Counted from the stretch's first letter, positions 8,289 through 19,677 are shown. The stretch is DNA of 64,000 nucleotides from Flavobacteriaceae bacterium UBA5950 (GCA_002430545.1 DJCM01000013.1:28620-92619); one strand, 5' to 3'. A program made the numbers and translations. The notes: generated from the sequence alone by a model not told the origin.

Positions 8289-8987
8289 TTATTGCAAACG
8301 GAAGGTAATTGGTATGCTAAAGGGTACGCGCACTGGGCGACCTCTTTGCTTACCTGGCGTCATATTGGGTAGTTTCCCAATAATTCTTTCCGCTTCTTTC
8401 TCTAGGTTTTTGTCTGGACCTCTTACTTGGATCCCTACAATTTCTCCTGTTTTAGAAATTACAAACTGGACATACACTCTTCCTTGGATCCCCATTTCTT
8501 GGGCAATATCGGGGTAGCGAAAGTTTCTACTGATGTGACGTTGAATTTTTTCTTGAAAGCAATCTCTACGCTTGTCTTTCGCAACACGTTCGCAACCAGG
8601 GAAAATTGGCACGTCTTCGATGATTGCAAAAGGAACATCGACATCAAAATCATCTAAAACCTCGACTTCCTCAATGATTTCCTCTTGTGTGGTTTCAGTT
8701 GATTCGATAATTGTTTCTTCCACTTCTTTCTCATCCTCAACAATCTCTATAATTTCAGGAGCTGGTGGTGGAGGTGGTGGAGGTGGGGTATTGATTTGTT
8801 CAGTCAATGGAACCTCTTGATCGTCATCGTCATCTATATTGAGTTTTTGCAATAAAAGATCAGATGCTTCATAGGTTTTCCATTCGATTGCGCGCCATGA
8901 CACAAACAAAATAACACACAACCCTATCACAAAATAAAGACTGCTGTTTTTGTTTAAATCAGCTTTTGGGTTCTTTTTAGGTTTCAT
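8289..8987 (-). CDS. energy transducer TonB family protein
   Basis: N-terminal anchor, Pro-rich linker (PPPPPPPPAPE), acidic region, C-terminal TonB domain (GIQGRVYVQFVISKTGEIVGIQV). Confidence 0.85.
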   Translation of the reverse strand: MKPKKNPKADLNKNSSLYFVIGLCVILFVSWRAIEWKTYEASDLLLQKLNIDDDDDQEVPLTEQINTPPPPPPPPAPEIIEIVEDEKEVEETIIESTETTQEEIIEEVEVLDDFDVDVPFAIIEDVPIFPGCERVAKDKRRDCFQEKIQRHISRNFRYPDIAQEMGIQGRVYVQFVISKTGEIVGIQVRGPDKNLEKEAERIIGKLPNMTPGKQRGRPVRVPFSIPITFRLQ

Positions 8988-9040
8988 ACTTAAGTCTTAA
9001 GGAGTGCACTAAAATAACAATTTTATGGAACTAGAGATAA

Positions 9041-9421
9041 TCATTTAACATTAACTCTCAAAAAGTATTCCGAAACAAGAGCCAAAAGGATCCCAACACT
9101 GTTAGCCAACAGGTCAAAAAAATCCATGTTTCTTTGTATTGGCAGGGTTCCTTGCATAATTTCCAAAACCAACCCAAAAAGGAAAACCAACAGGGCCGTT
9201 TTTATCAACTTTCGATTGCTTGGCTCCTCAGTGCTTTTGATCCAAAAAAAGGTCAATCCAGTATAATACAAACAGTGAATCAATTTGTCTGAGAGGTTGA
9301 ATGTGATTTGTTCCATTTGCTGAGGTGGTAACAAAGAACCAACAATGGCAATCAAAATTAAAATAAAGGTAATTCCTCTTGCAGTTCTAGCTCTGAACAA
9401 TAGATGCATAGGCCTCTGCAT
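9041..9421 (-). CDS. VanZ-like family membrane protein
   Basis: 126 aa with 4 hydrophobic helices and the DKLIHCLYY motif typical of VanZ. Its 5' end overlaps the gcvH 3' end. Confidence 0.65.
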   Translation of the reverse strand: MQRPMHLLFRARTARGITFILILIAIVGSLLPPQQMEQITFNLSDKLIHCLYYTGLTFFWIKSTEEPSNRKLIKTALLVFLFGLVLEIMQGTLPIQRNMDFFDLLANSVGILLALVSEYFLRVNVK

Positions 9422-9767
9422 TTAGTAGGTTCTCGATCTCATCTTGATTTTCGATCTCAATCTTCACCATCCAGCCTTGACCATATGGGTCGGAATTAAC
9501 AAGTTCGGGGGTGTCGGTCAGTGCATCGTTAAACGATATGATTTTTCCAGTAAGAGGGGCAAATAAATCAGATACTGTTTTGACTGCTTCAACAGTTCCA
9601 AAAACTGCTTCATTCGCCACTGTTTCGTCGAGTGTATCTACCTCTACATATACAATATCTCCCAATTCTCCTTGGGCAAAATCGGTTATCCCAACAGTTG
9701 CGATATTATTTTCGATCAGCACCCATTCGTGGTCTTTTGTGTATTTAAGGTTTTCTGGAATATCCAT
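9387..9767 (-). CDS. gcvH: glycine cleavage system protein H
   Basis: MDIPENLKYTKDHEWV..., lipoyl-lysine context VEAVKTVSDL. The track start at 9818 overlaps the sprA 3' end, so ATG at 9767 is preferred. Confidence 0.92.
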   Translation of the reverse strand: MDIPENLKYTKDHEWVLIENNIATVGITDFAQGELGDIVYVEVDTLDETVANEAVFGTVEAVKTVSDLFAPLTGKIISFNDALTDTPELVNSDPYGQGWMVKIEIENQDEIENLLNAEAYASIVQS

Positions 9768-9807
9768 TGTCAAACGATTGTGAATTGTAAAAGAAAGAAT
9801 TTTGTGG

Positions 9808-12800
9808 TTAATTACCAAAGTTATAGCGCAGTGTTATCCCCGATCTGATATTGGTTTGGGGAAAAGCTGTTGAAATTGCAAACTTTGAAAAGGTATGATC
9901 GTAGAAGAATAAGGCTGTTAGGTTTCGCGAAAGTGCATAATCAGCAGATAATTTGAGTGACCATAGGCGTTGACCTGCTGTGACTTGGTTGTTCAATAGG
10001 TCGAGGTTTCGAACGATAGTGATATTGTCACGAATCGACAAGTCGCCTTTGATATTGATATCGCCTTTCAGCGTTGTTCGTTTGCCACCAAGATTGGTGC
10101 GAAAGGGAACAGATTTTATACGATATCCCGTACCAATAATCAGTTCTTTTCCACTTGTTTCTGTAAGAAGATTATTGTCTAGGCTCAGTGACAACGCACG
10201 ATCTCTTTTGATTTCAGCATTGAATTGAAAACTGTTTTTAAGTTCAAAATCAACCTTAATCAATGGGTTGAATTGCTCCACCAAATTGATATTTGTATAA
10301 AGGGTTTCGTTGAGGAAGTTACCCCCTTGGTCAAGTTGATTGGGCATGGTCTGATCATAATTTAGGTTGGTTTGGAAATTGTTTAGTGTGTGACTGGCAC
10401 GATACCCATGAGCAATGGAAAAGCGTTGAAAGTATTTTTTAAACAGCTTTGTTTTCATCAAACCTGTGTATTGCAGTGCCCAATTGGGGAGTGGTGTTTC
10501 ACGCGTGGCAGCAAGGGGAACAGTTTCGGGATTTTGTCCAGAATAGGCAGCCAAGAAAGCAGGAATCAAAACAGCTTGATTGATTTTTCCATATCCGACG
10601 GGATACCCATCTACGTCAACATTAGAGGGGTCGAGACCTCTATCATTTGCCAAGCGCTTTGCAACAATCAGTCGATTGTTTTTTAAGTCCTCAAAAGTTT
10701 GGTCATCAACATCCCCAGACCCAAATGCAGTGCTGATCAAAATGGTTGAAATTTCAAAGTTGCCAAAAGTGTTGGGGTTGAGTGCATTATAAGTATCATC
10801 AGTAACGATAAAGTTTTCGCCAAGATTCTCTGACAGCCTGCGATTTCCATTAATGTCGAGTTGTAAGCCTTCAAGCAAACTCACTTCTGCAGAGTAGCTA
10901 AATTCTGTGTTATGCACTTGTGTAAACTGTCCATTGAAGCTAGGGAATTGGGTAAGCCAACCGCGTTTTGCAGCCTCATAACGGATGTCGCTTTGGCTAC
11001 CCAGCGCAAATGATAACCCTGGGTTCGAAGTGCCCAAAAATCCAACATTTTGTGTATAGCCAGGCAAGACTGTTCCATTGTTTTCAGCATAGGTGAACTG
11101 CAGTCGTTTGAGAGCAGTCGCAAGTCCGATTAAAGAGTTGGTCAATTGTCTTTGAATGGCGTTATCATTTCTCGATTTTTTCTTCTTTTCTAATTTGAGA
11201 GCACGATAAATTTTTTGAAAATTAAAAGTGGAATTAAGGTTGTGTGTATTTGCGTTTTGTATGGTGTTGACTACACCAAGAACATTGCCAAACTCATCCT
11301 CAACTTCACTCAAAGATTCTGATCCACGCTGCCAATTAAAGTCCCCAGAATAGCTGTAGGTTCCATCGATAAAATTCACCAATGGAAGTAGCCTGAAGGG
11401 AAGATTATAGGTCAACCCAAGGCGCTGGCTAAACTGGTTTGGATCTCCCACATCCCAAATACCATCCCAAATATCAAGCTGTTGGTTGACTTTTGTCGTA
11501 CCTGATTGTTCATCATAATAATTTCGAACAATGTTTTTGCTCGATGCAGTGAAATCAAATCGAAGAGATTTAGTCAAATTATGATTGAGAGTAAACACCC
11601 AATCAAACATATAGTTTCGTTGTTGCAACTTTGGTAATGCAAGTTGTTGCGAAGCATCCACCCCCTCCAAAAACACCTCTCGAAACTGCTGACTGTTAAA
11701 CGTTCGATTGATGTTTGTAGACAAGGAAACACTGCTTGGAATCGGATTGATGTTGATCGCACTCAACCATTTTAAATAGCTTTTTGTGTTGATAAATGTA
11801 AGCTTGGAAAAGGGTTTGATTGACAATGGCTCAAATCCATATTGATAGCCAGCACCCATTCGCAAGTTTTGAAAAGTATAGTCCTCGATTTCGTAATCAC
11901 TTCTTTTTTCTTCATTAAATGAATATGACAAATCGAAGTTTTCTATGTCAAAAAAGTCTTTTTGCTGTTCAGGGCCTCGCTGCTTTCGCACACCAATGAG
12001 GTTTATACTTTTTTGTTGAGACTGGCTCACAGCTTGATCTCGAATTGCCTCTTTACTGTCTTGAACTGGCGAACTGTCCAAACGATCTTGTAGTTTGAGA
12101 TCCTGATAAAATGGGTCGTATTTAGGGGTAATGACCTCTTCAGAAAAGCTATAGCTCAAGGGCAGTTGAATCCCCCATTTTTTTGGTAGAAGCTGCCCTA
12201 CATTCACATTTGTATTCATCCCATATCCTTTGGTATCATCTTGATTTCTGAGGTTTGGAATTTGGTCGATATCCCCAAAGCCAACTGTTGAGATGTTCCC
12301 ATTTAGGTTAATGGTGGCAAAATCTGCGATATTGGTATCGAGCTCTGCAACAGATGCCCATCCACCTTCAGAATCAATTTCTGCCAAACGAAGTTCGTTA
12401 AACCAAACCTCTCCATGTAGATAATCGCCTGGTGATTCTGATGGGTTTTTAACCCCAACCATCAAAGTTCTCACTTGCCCTAAAGTCGGATTGCCTCGTA
12501 CTGCAATCTTATATTTTTTATCCCCTGGCAAACTGCTGATAGGTGTAAACTCATCAATTTGATTCAGATCCTCATCAAAATAGGTTGCCCCTACCAAACT
12601 TCTATTTTGAATCGACTTTGCCTTGGCGCCAGTTAATAGCGAAAGTGGGACATCAATCGAATTGGATTCAGGCTGCCAGACTTCTTCGGCGCTTAGGTTG
12701 TTGGCAACCCCCTCTGTGTAAGGGGTTGGTTGAAGTGGCACTTCTATTTGATAGTAGTTTTCAGTCATGTCAGTACCGATTCGCATGAAAGCAACCATAC

Positions 12801-15800
12801 GTTTGTCCAAATCATCTAACGAACCATCGCCAGGCAGTGGCGTTCGATTGGGTAGCGATTCTGCATGGATAAACATTTTGATACGTTTGTATTGACGCAT
12901 GTCGACATCAATATTTTTGTACACCCCTTTTAAGTCTTTTGGTTCGAGGTCTTGGACGCGCAATGATAAAGACTGCTCGTTTTGACGAATAACACTGTTG
13001 AAATTATTGAGCTGTTCACGAACAATGCCAGGTGGCAGTTTATAGTTGATTGGAATACGATTTTCATTTTCCAAAACATTGACAGTACTCACATCAACAG
13101 AGGTATTCAAGCTTGTAATCTGTGCTGTATTGAGGGGTTGGTTGTACCTCCGCCAGTCGCCACGAACCAAGTCAAATGTTCCAAATCGAAAGACAACTGG
13201 CCTTGTGAAACCTTTGAGCCACATTCGCATAAAACGCACCGAACGAAGATCTGAAATATTGTTGATCGCTTCAAAATAGGAACGAAAAGCAGGGTTGTCG
13301 TAATACTCTGGTCGAACAGGAATTTTGAATTGCAACCATCGTGAAGTTGTTTTTTCTCCATTGGCAAGTTCAACATTGTTGTTGAGTCGTACATCTGCAA
13401 TAAAAGGGTGTGAGCCAACGCTCATGTTTTTTTGAATGGGAACTCTATACTCAAAATAACTATCAATTGTATTCATCGTATTGTCTCTGTTGAGATCCTC
13501 TGCATCTGGCACTGTGTACGATCCTCGGTTGTTATCCGTCACTTGCAAAATAGAGTTTCCGTCAGTGCCATTGTATCGTTTATATCGATTGAGAATCGAT
13601 CCGCTAGCTTGCAAAAAATACTGATAGTTATCCCCTGCTGGGTCGCTGCTTTCACCACCTACACTCGAGGAATAAAGCAGCCCTTCTTCTTCGTCGGAGA
13701 GCCCATCATAACCAACGTCTTGTCGTTCTCTGTTTGCAGCATTCGCATCAAATGCATATACCAATGATTGGGTTGCTGGCGTTCTCGCCCAAGCTGTCTC
13801 ATATGTCATCGCTAGACCATCAGATCCAGGAAGGCCATTTTCATATTGCTTGCGCCCATCACGTAAAACATCCTCAGAAATACTCCCCAAGTTAAAGACC
13901 AAATCTCCCAAATTTTCATCTGCCAACTCGTCGTTTTCGGAAAAGGTATCAAGCATCCAAAACTCTATATACTCAACATTTGCCTGATCGAGGTTTGTAC
14001 TGTTGAGGGCACGTGTAATCCCTGCCCAATTTTCTGATGGGTTAGTGATAAAACTGTTAAAAGAGTTGGTGTTATATGGCCCCTTTTCAGCTGGATAATA
14101 TGCCAAGTCCATGGTGTATTGAACTGAGGTTTGGCCTTGCACCAAGTCTTGTTGTGGAAAAATTTCGTTGATAAAAACACGTCGCACTTCGTCTTCTGAG
14201 AGGTTATTGTTTGAAATTTCGGAAGGGCGCTGATTGGAATAAAAAACAGGGTCAATGGTGTACCAAGCCAACCTTGCTCGATGGTGACCCCCAGTCAAAT
14301 CGTCAATTGGGGCATCGTATCCTTCAACATTGGCAGCAGGTACACTCGACAGTGCCCATGACTGCACGTCTCTCAAGTCGATATTGCTTTGCGCACCTTC
14401 AAAGTCATCGATATAGGTTGTTGCCTCTCCTCCGAGCTCTGTTCCTTTTGGGGTTCGCGAGAGTAAGTAGGCAATTTCACCTCTAAATGATATGTTTGAC
14501 ATCACATCCGTGTCGATGTTGGGCAGCTTATTGGCCATCCTTGTCAAAAATGGAACTTCGGTCGAAAAGGTAGAACTCATCCCGAACATGGTGTTGTTGA
14601 CTGGCTCTAGCCCATAATTAGCTTTTTGGGTCAGTGGTCTTTCGCTGAGATTCATAACTGTTGCTCCCATCAAAAAATTATCACTGAACTTATGCTCAAC
14701 ATGAACGCCACTAAAGCGTTTGTTTTGTTGACCAAAGAAAGAATTGCTTTCCGTCGTAACTTCAATGGGTGTGTTTGAATTTTTTAAATTTTCGTTTAGA
14801 ATGGTAACACGCCCGAGTTGGTAGTTTACAGAGTAATCAATGCCCTCTTGCAACAGTCGCCCTGCAGCTGTAACACGCACTGAGCCACGTGGTACATTGA
14901 ATGCTCCCAACGAAATTCCAGCCCCTCCACCACTTGATTTATATCGCCCTTTGAGTTGAAATTTGTTTTGGGCTGCATAATCAATGGCTTCTGATTTTGT
15001 GAGTTTATACATCTCTGGAAAGACATATTTGTCTTGATTTGCGTTGTATGTTGCTGCTACATCATAGTCCTCACTTGTATCTGCGTTTAGGGTGTCGAAT
15101 AAAAATTCGCCAAAAGGCTCAACTTTTGGGAAAATAATACGTCCGTTTTCTCGATCAACAGTTACCCCATCAACAAAATCAAAGAACCCATCTCCTCCAT
15201 CCTGAAGGTCATTGTAGATGTTTAATCGATCAATCCCGAAAACATTGAGCAACACACGTTCATCAAGCCCTGCTGGCCATATATCATCTTCCACTGGGGT
15301 AATATAATTTAAGGGTGAAGGGTCTGAAAATAAGAGGTTAAACACAAAGCCATCTTGATCGAGTTGATAGGCGCCAATGTTGTAGATGTTTTTCATCATC
15401 AAGTCCCATACAGGCTGCTCCACATTGGTCAGATTACTTCGAAGTAGTTTGACGACTAAGCTATTGTTGAGTACTTGCTGACTTTGGCCAATGCCAGTGC
15501 TGCTACTTGATGGAACTCCATCGCCTGCAAACTCCCCAACTTGATAGGTTTGACCACCAACTGTATATTGAAAAGCAACACCTAAAATTTCGTCATTATT
15601 GAGTCGCTGTTTGAGTGAGATATACCCCAACTTTGGGTGAAAGCTATAGTCTGTTGGTTCAAGTTTTCTAGCACTTTCAAGTACAGCATAATCGATGCCT
15701 TCTTGCACGACATCAGAAAGAGACCCAAAGCCATTGCGAGTTGTGGCGATATCTCGAATATCGTTTGTTAAAATCCCACTTCCCAACTGTTCTGGGTTGA

Positions 15801-17085
15801 GCCCATTGACCTTGTTATCAGGATATCCAGTGGCACTTGATGTTGTAAAAAAATTAGATGCCAAATCATCTAGACGTGTTTTGTCAGGGGCTGTCTCTCC
15901 CAAGTCTTGCAACGCAACAAGGTTGCGAACATTGTTGGTTTGCGCATTTCGATTTGTGACCCACACCTCAATACGAGTGATTTGTACGGCTGTGTTGATA
16001 TAGGGATAAGTCGCTATCGCAGTATCATATTGGTCACGGAAATACTGCGACAAAAAAAAGTGACGATCATCCTCATAGTCAAGGGCAAAAAGTGAAAACT
16101 CATCCAAACTGCCGTCTGCGTCTGTCATCATGCGTTGTGTTTGGGAACGTTGCTCCGATATCACAGCTGAGATGTTGGTGTTTCCAAATTTGAGATCTGC
16201 TTTTACACCAAATAAGCTTTGTGCACCAGAGATTAAAGAGCTGTTGAGTGGCATACTTACATTTCCTATTTCTAGTTTCTGTAAAATTCCATCTTCATTG
16301 CCACTGTAGCCATCTTTCAAACTTTTGATTTTATCGACTCCCCCCTCTAGGCGATCGACCTCGTTTTGGATACGCCCAATGGCACCACTGGCCGATGACA
16401 CTGCATTCCCAGCACGACCCCCAACAGACTGACTCAAATCATCTGTTGAAGGAGGAAAAAAATCAAGTTTGATCAGGTTCTGAAAATCAAAGGTTGACTG
16501 AGTATCGTAATTGGCATTGACGCGAAAACGCTCTCCAATATTCCCAACCAAACCGACACTGATTCGCTGATCAAAATCAAATCCAAAACTACTCTGGTTA
16601 CTAGGAGATAGCGCAGGGTTCCCCGATTTTTGATAACGCACACCCAAGTCGATTCCGACTGATCCTTTAGGGATAATTTGAATTACATCACTACCAAATA
16701 AGCGACGAAACAAATCAGATCGAACATATAAGTCAGGGAGTAAATTCTTTTGCTGGTCGGGGTCGTCTATGTCACCAGAAAGCAAAGCTTGTTTGTCATT
16801 CATGTATGTGAGTGCCGCCTTGCGCATCATTCGATCAAGATACTCTTCTGGGGTCAGTGTGAGTGGTGCATTGATATTGATTTCTCCAACTTTGACAGTG
16901 TAGATATAGAGGTCGAGGTTGGGGTCATAGGTATATTCTTCTTCAAAAGAAGCTGGGAGTTTTTTTAGCGCAAGATTTTGAATAGCAGGAGAAAGCTGAA
17001 GGCTATCGTTTTGAGCAAGACCTTTCCATGACAACATCAATACAACAAACCAAAGTATCCTTCGGATTGATACCACCAACTGCAT
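9808..17085 (-). CDS. sprA: T9SS translocon / gliding motility protein SprA
   Basis: 2425-aa signal-peptide protein. Size and sequence character of Bacteroidota SprA (giant beta-barrel), with a C-terminal beta-strand ending in RYNFGN. Confidence 0.9.
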   Translation of the reverse strand: MQLVVSIRRILWFVVLMLSWKGLAQNDSLQLSPAIQNLALKKLPASFEEEYTYDPNLDLYIYTVKVGEININAPLTLTPEEYLDRMMRKAALTYMNDKQALLSGDIDDPDQQKNLLPDLYVRSDLFRRLFGSDVIQIIPKGSVGIDLGVRYQKSGNPALSPSNQSSFGFDFDQRISVGLVGNIGERFRVNANYDTQSTFDFQNLIKLDFFPPSTDDLSQSVGGRAGNAVSSASGAIGRIQNEVDRLEGGVDKIKSLKDGYSGNEDGILQKLEIGNVSMPLNSSLISGAQSLFGVKADLKFGNTNISAVISEQRSQTQRMMTDADGSLDEFSLFALDYEDDRHFFLSQYFRDQYDTAIATYPYINTAVQITRIEVWVTNRNAQTNNVRNLVALQDLGETAPDKTRLDDLASNFFTTSSATGYPDNKVNGLNPEQLGSGILTNDIRDIATTRNGFGSLSDVVQEGIDYAVLESARKLEPTDYSFHPKLGYISLKQRLNNDEILGVAFQYTVGGQTYQVGEFAGDGVPSSSSTGIGQSQQVLNNSLVVKLLRSNLTNVEQPVWDLMMKNIYNIGAYQLDQDGFVFNLLFSDPSPLNYITPVEDDIWPAGLDERVLLNVFGIDRLNIYNDLQDGGDGFFDFVDGVTVDRENGRIIFPKVEPFGEFLFDTLNADTSEDYDVAATYNANQDKYVFPEMYKLTKSEAIDYAAQNKFQLKGRYKSSGGGAGISLGAFNVPRGSVRVTAAGRLLQEGIDYSVNYQLGRVTILNENLKNSNTPIEVTTESNSFFGQQNKRFSGVHVEHKFSDNFLMGATVMNLSERPLTQKANYGLEPVNNTMFGMSSTFSTEVPFLTRMANKLPNIDTDVMSNISFRGEIAYLLSRTPKGTELGGEATTYIDDFEGAQSNIDLRDVQSWALSSVPAANVEGYDAPIDDLTGGHHRARLAWYTIDPVFYSNQRPSEISNNNLSEDEVRRVFINEIFPQQDLVQGQTSVQYTMDLAYYPAEKGPYNTNSFNSFITNPSENWAGITRALNSTNLDQANVEYIEFWMLDTFSENDELADENLGDLVFNLGSISEDVLRDGRKQYENGLPGSDGLAMTYETAWARTPATQSLVYAFDANAANRERQDVGYDGLSDEEEGLLYSSSVGGESSDPAGDNYQYFLQASGSILNRYKRYNGTDGNSILQVTDNNRGSYTVPDAEDLNRDNTMNTIDSYFEYRVPIQKNMSVGSHPFIADVRLNNNVELANGEKTTSRWLQFKIPVRPEYYDNPAFRSYFEAINNISDLRSVRFMRMWLKGFTRPVVFRFGTFDLVRGDWRRYNQPLNTAQITSLNTSVDVSTVNVLENENRIPINYKLPPGIVREQLNNFNSVIRQNEQSLSLRVQDLEPKDLKGVYKNIDVDMRQYKRIKMFIHAESLPNRTPLPGDGSLDDLDKRMVAFMRIGTDMTENYYQIEVPLQPTPYTEGVANNLSAEEVWQPESNSIDVPLSLLTGAKAKSIQNRSLVGATYFDEDLNQIDEFTPISSLPGDKKYKIAVRGNPTLGQVRTLMVGVKNPSESPGDYLHGEVWFNELRLAEIDSEGGWASVAELDTNIADFATINLNGNISTVGFGDIDQIPNLRNQDDTKGYGMNTNVNVGQLLPKKWGIQLPLSYSFSEEVITPKYDPFYQDLKLQDRLDSSPVQDSKEAIRDQAVSQSQQKSINLIGVRKQRGPEQQKDFFDIENFDLSYSFNEEKRSDYEIEDYTFQNLRMGAGYQYGFEPLSIKPFSKLTFINTKSYLKWLSAININPIPSSVSLSTNINRTFNSQQFREVFLEGVDASQQLALPKLQQRNYMFDWVFTLNHNLTKSLRFDFTASSKNIVRNYYDEQSGTTKVNQQLDIWDGIWDVGDPNQFSQRLGLTYNLPFRLLPLVNFIDGTYSYSGDFNWQRGSESLSEVEDEFGNVLGVVNTIQNANTHNLNSTFNFQKIYRALKLEKKKKSRNDNAIQRQLTNSLIGLATALKRLQFTYAENNGTVLPGYTQNVGFLGTSNPGLSFALGSQSDIRYEAAKRGWLTQFPSFNGQFTQVHNTEFSYSAEVSLLEGLQLDINGNRRLSENLGENFIVTDDTYNALNPNTFGNFEISTILISTAFGSGDVDDQTFEDLKNNRLIVAKRLANDRGLDPSNVDVDGYPVGYGKINQAVLIPAFLAAYSGQNPETVPLAATRETPLPNWALQYTGLMKTKLFKKYFQRFSIAHGYRASHTLNNFQTNLNYDQTMPNQLDQGGNFLNETLYTNINLVEQFNPLIKVDFELKNSFQFNAEIKRDRALSLSLDNNLLTETSGKELIIGTGYRIKSVPFRTNLGGKRTTLKGDINIKGDLSIRDNITIVRNLDLLNNQVTAGQRLWSLKLSADYALSRNLTALFFYDHTFSKFAISTAFPQTNIRSGITLRYNFGN

Positions 17086-17090
17086 ACAAA

Positions 17091-17672
17091 CTATAATTTA
17101 TTCAACGCATTACGAATCAGGCGCTCAACACTCATTTCAGCATCCATTGATAGAAGCTCGTCGAGAATTTTCACACATGATTTGGTTTGGTAACCTAAGA
17201 CTACCAAAGCAGATAACGCCTCTTCTCTGTTCGTATTGCTTGAAACTGCAGGAATTCCTGCATCTGCGATGACAGCTTGTACTTTGTCACGAAGTTCAAT
17301 AACAACACGTTGAGCGGTTTTGGCGCCAATCCCTTTTACAGATTGTATAACGTTTACCTGATCACTCTGTATGGCCTGACCAATTTCACTCGGACTCAAA
17401 GAGGACAACATGGTACGAGCAGTATTGGCACCAATCCCCGAAATTCCAATGAGCAATCGAAACAGTTGGCGCTCCAAATCCGTACTAAATCCATAGAGTG
17501 TATGTGCATCTTCTCGCACCTGCAAATGGGTGTATAGCTGAATGTTTTCGTCGTCTGTCAACTGTCCATAGGTAAACAAGGATATGTTGACCAAATAGCC
17601 AATCCCCTGACAATCAATAACCACTGATGTAGGAGATTTTTCAACAAGACGACCCCGGAGTTGTGTAATCAT
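17091..17672 (-). CDS. ruvA: Holliday junction branch migration protein RuvA
   Basis: MITQLRGRLVEKSPTSVVIDCQGIGY..., HhH motifs GIGANTA and GIGAKTAQR. Confidence 0.95.
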   Translation of the reverse strand: MITQLRGRLVEKSPTSVVIDCQGIGYLVNISLFTYGQLTDDENIQLYTHLQVREDAHTLYGFSTDLERQLFRLLIGISGIGANTARTMLSSLSPSEIGQAIQSDQVNVIQSVKGIGAKTAQRVVIELRDKVQAVIADAGIPAVSSNTNREEALSALVVLGYQTKSCVKILDELLSMDAEMSVERLIRNALNKL

Positions 17673-17682
17673 AGTTTCCTCT

Positions 17683-17690
17683 CAAAAATA
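17683..17690 (-). promoter_or_regulatory. candidate -7 box (TATTTTTG) upstream of ruvA
   Basis: Exact match, 10 nt before ATG 17672. Confidence 0.5.
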
Positions 17691-17729
17691 ACGATTATTT
17701 TATCATTATAATGATGAAATAGCATAGAC

Positions 17730-18653
17730 TTATTTCAAAAATTCGAGGTTGCGTTTTAAACCTGAAAATTGAGTTCTTTGAACAGCACTTTTTGCAAACA
17801 AACGATCAAAAACTGCCTCGGTGATTTCATGCCAATCATCACTGCTCATCTGCAATAGTTCAGATGAGGGGTCAAACTGTGGTTCGTTGTGAGGTGTCGA
17901 AAACCGATTCCATGGGCAAACATCCTGACATACATCACACCCAAAAGCCCAGTTGTCAAACTGCCCCTTGACCTCCTGTGGAATAGCTTCTTTGAGTTCA
18001 ATCGTGAAATAAGAGATGCATTTGCTTCCATCCACTTGATAAGGTGCTATGATAGCATCTGTTGGGCAAGCATCAATACATGCAGTGCAGGAGCCACAAT
18101 GATCGGTTACAGGTGTGTCTTGTTCTAGTGGAAGGTCGATGATCAACTCTGCAATAAAGAAAAATGAGCCTGTTTGTTTCGATATCAAATTGGAGTGCTT
18201 GCCAATCCATCCCAAACCAGCTTTGGCTGCCCACGCCTTATCCAGCACAGGCGCAGAGTCGACAAAAACACGTCCATGTATCTCTCCGATTTCATGCTGC
18301 AGTACTTGCATGAGTTCAAACAGTTTGTCTTTGATCACAACATGATAGTCCTTTCCATAAGCATATTTAGATATCTTGGGTGCAGTGGGGTCTGATTGTG
18401 TATTTTTTGGGTAGTAGTTGTACAGCAACGACACCACACTTTTTGCTCCTGGCACCAGTTTTGTCGGATCTAATCGCTTGTCGAAGTTTCGTTCCATATA
18501 GATCATACTTCCATGGTGACCTTGCAGTAGCCACTGCTCCAAACGAGGTGCTTCTTCTTCTAAAAATCTTGCATGAGAGATTCCGCATGACAAAAACCCA
18601 AGTCGTTTTGCATGCTTTTTAATGAGTTGACTATGTTGGGCTGTGAGATTCAA
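17730..18653 (-). CDS. queG: epoxyqueuosine reductase
   Basis: 4Fe-4S motifs [12 protein letters not shown] and [14 protein letters not shown] start overlapping the ruvB stop (TTGA). Confidence 0.9.
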   Translation of the reverse strand: MNLTAQHSQLIKKHAKRLGFLSCGISHARFLEEEAPRLEQWLLQGHHGSMIYMERNFDKRLDPTKLVPGAKSVVSLLYNYYPKNTQSDPTAPKISKYAYGKDYHVVIKDKLFELMQVLQHEIGEIHGRVFVDSAPVLDKAWAAKAGLGWIGKHSNLISKQTGSFFFIAELIIDLPLEQDTPVTDHCGSCTACIDACPTDAIIAPYQVDGSKCISYFTIELKEAIPQEVKGQFDNWAFGCDVCQDVCPWNRFSTPHNEPQFDPSSELLQMSSDDWHEITEAVFDRLFAKSAVQRTQFSGLKRNLEFLK

Positions 18654-19672
18654 AACAAATCTCCTTGTCGATTCGATTTGGTACGACCCAAATGACGATA
18701 GGCAAGATCTGTAACTTCACGTCCACGAGGCGTACGCACAATAAACCCCTCTTGAATGAGGAAGGGTTCATAAACTTCTTCGAGGGTTTCTGCACTTTCA
18801 GACACTGCAGTAGCCAGGGTATTGATGCCTACTGGACCCCCTTTAAACTTGTCCATCATGGTGCTGAGAATCTTATTGTCCATCTCATCCAAACCATGAG
18901 CATCGACATGAAGAGCTTCAAGACCATATTTGGCTATTTTCATATCTATACTTCCATCACCCTTGATTTGTGCAAAATCACGAATTCGCCTCAATAAAGC
19001 ATTTGCAATTCTGGGGGTACCACGACTTCGGCCAGCAATTTCGATAGCAGCTTCGTTACTGATTGTGATGTTCAATATGTCTGCACTCCTCTCCACAATA
19101 GTTGACAAAATTTCGGTGCTGTAATAGTTGAGTCGACTATTGATTCCGAAACGAGCACGCATAGGTGCTGTTAGCAGTCCCGATCGGGTGGTTGCACCAA
19201 TAAGCGTAAAAGGATTGAGGTTGATTTCGACTGTTCGAGCATTGGGTCCTGACTCAATCATGATATCGATTTTATAATCTTCCATGGCTGAATAGAGGTA
19301 TTCTTCTACGATTGGGCTCAACCGATGGATTTCATCAATGAACAATACATCTCTAGGTTCGAGGTTGGTTAGCAGTCCTGCCAAGTCACCTGGTTTGTCG
19401 AGTACTGGTCCTGAGGTTACCTTTACCCCCACTTGCAATTCGTTTGCCAAAATATGAGCAAGGGTTGTTTTTCCAAGACCTGGAGGACCATGTAAAAGGG
19501 TGTGGTCTAGGGCATCCTCACGTTGGTTAGCGGCCTGAACAAAGACTTGCAAATTGTCGAGAACTTGAGGTTGTCCCATAAAGTCATCAAAGCGCAGTGG
19601 TCGCAATGCACGATCGATGTCCTGTTCTTCAGGTGTGAAATGCTCTCCGTTTGGATCTAAATGCTCGTTCAT
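18650..19672 (-). CDS. ruvB: Holliday junction branch migration DNA helicase RuvB
   Basis: Walker [19 protein letters not shown]. The track start at 19690 is a TTG, so ATG at 19672 (MNEHLDPNG) is preferred. Confidence 0.95.
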   Translation of the reverse strand: MNEHLDPNGEHFTPEEQDIDRALRPLRFDDFMGQPQVLDNLQVFVQAANQREDALDHTLLHGPPGLGKTTLAHILANELQVGVKVTSGPVLDKPGDLAGLLTNLEPRDVLFIDEIHRLSPIVEEYLYSAMEDYKIDIMIESGPNARTVEINLNPFTLIGATTRSGLLTAPMRARFGINSRLNYYSTEILSTIVERSADILNITISNEAAIEIAGRSRGTPRIANALLRRIRDFAQIKGDGSIDMKIAKYGLEALHVDAHGLDEMDNKILSTMMDKFKGGPVGINTLATAVSESAETLEEVYEPFLIQEGFIVRTPRGREVTDLAYRHLGRTKSNRQGDLF

Positions 19673-19677
19673 TTTTT

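Noticed and set aside
8763-8788. G-rich GGTGGTGGAGGTGGTGGAGGTGGGG tract, considered as a G-quadruplex or slippage site
   Set aside because: It is the antisense of CCN codons encoding the PPPPPPPPAP linker, which is normal in TonB proteins. There is no frame disruption.
17086-17090. 5-nt ruvA-sprA spacing as evidence for a functional link between recombination repair and the T9SS translocon
   Set aside because: Tight spacing only indicates co-transcription. There is no mechanistic basis, and it is probably a compaction or synteny accident.
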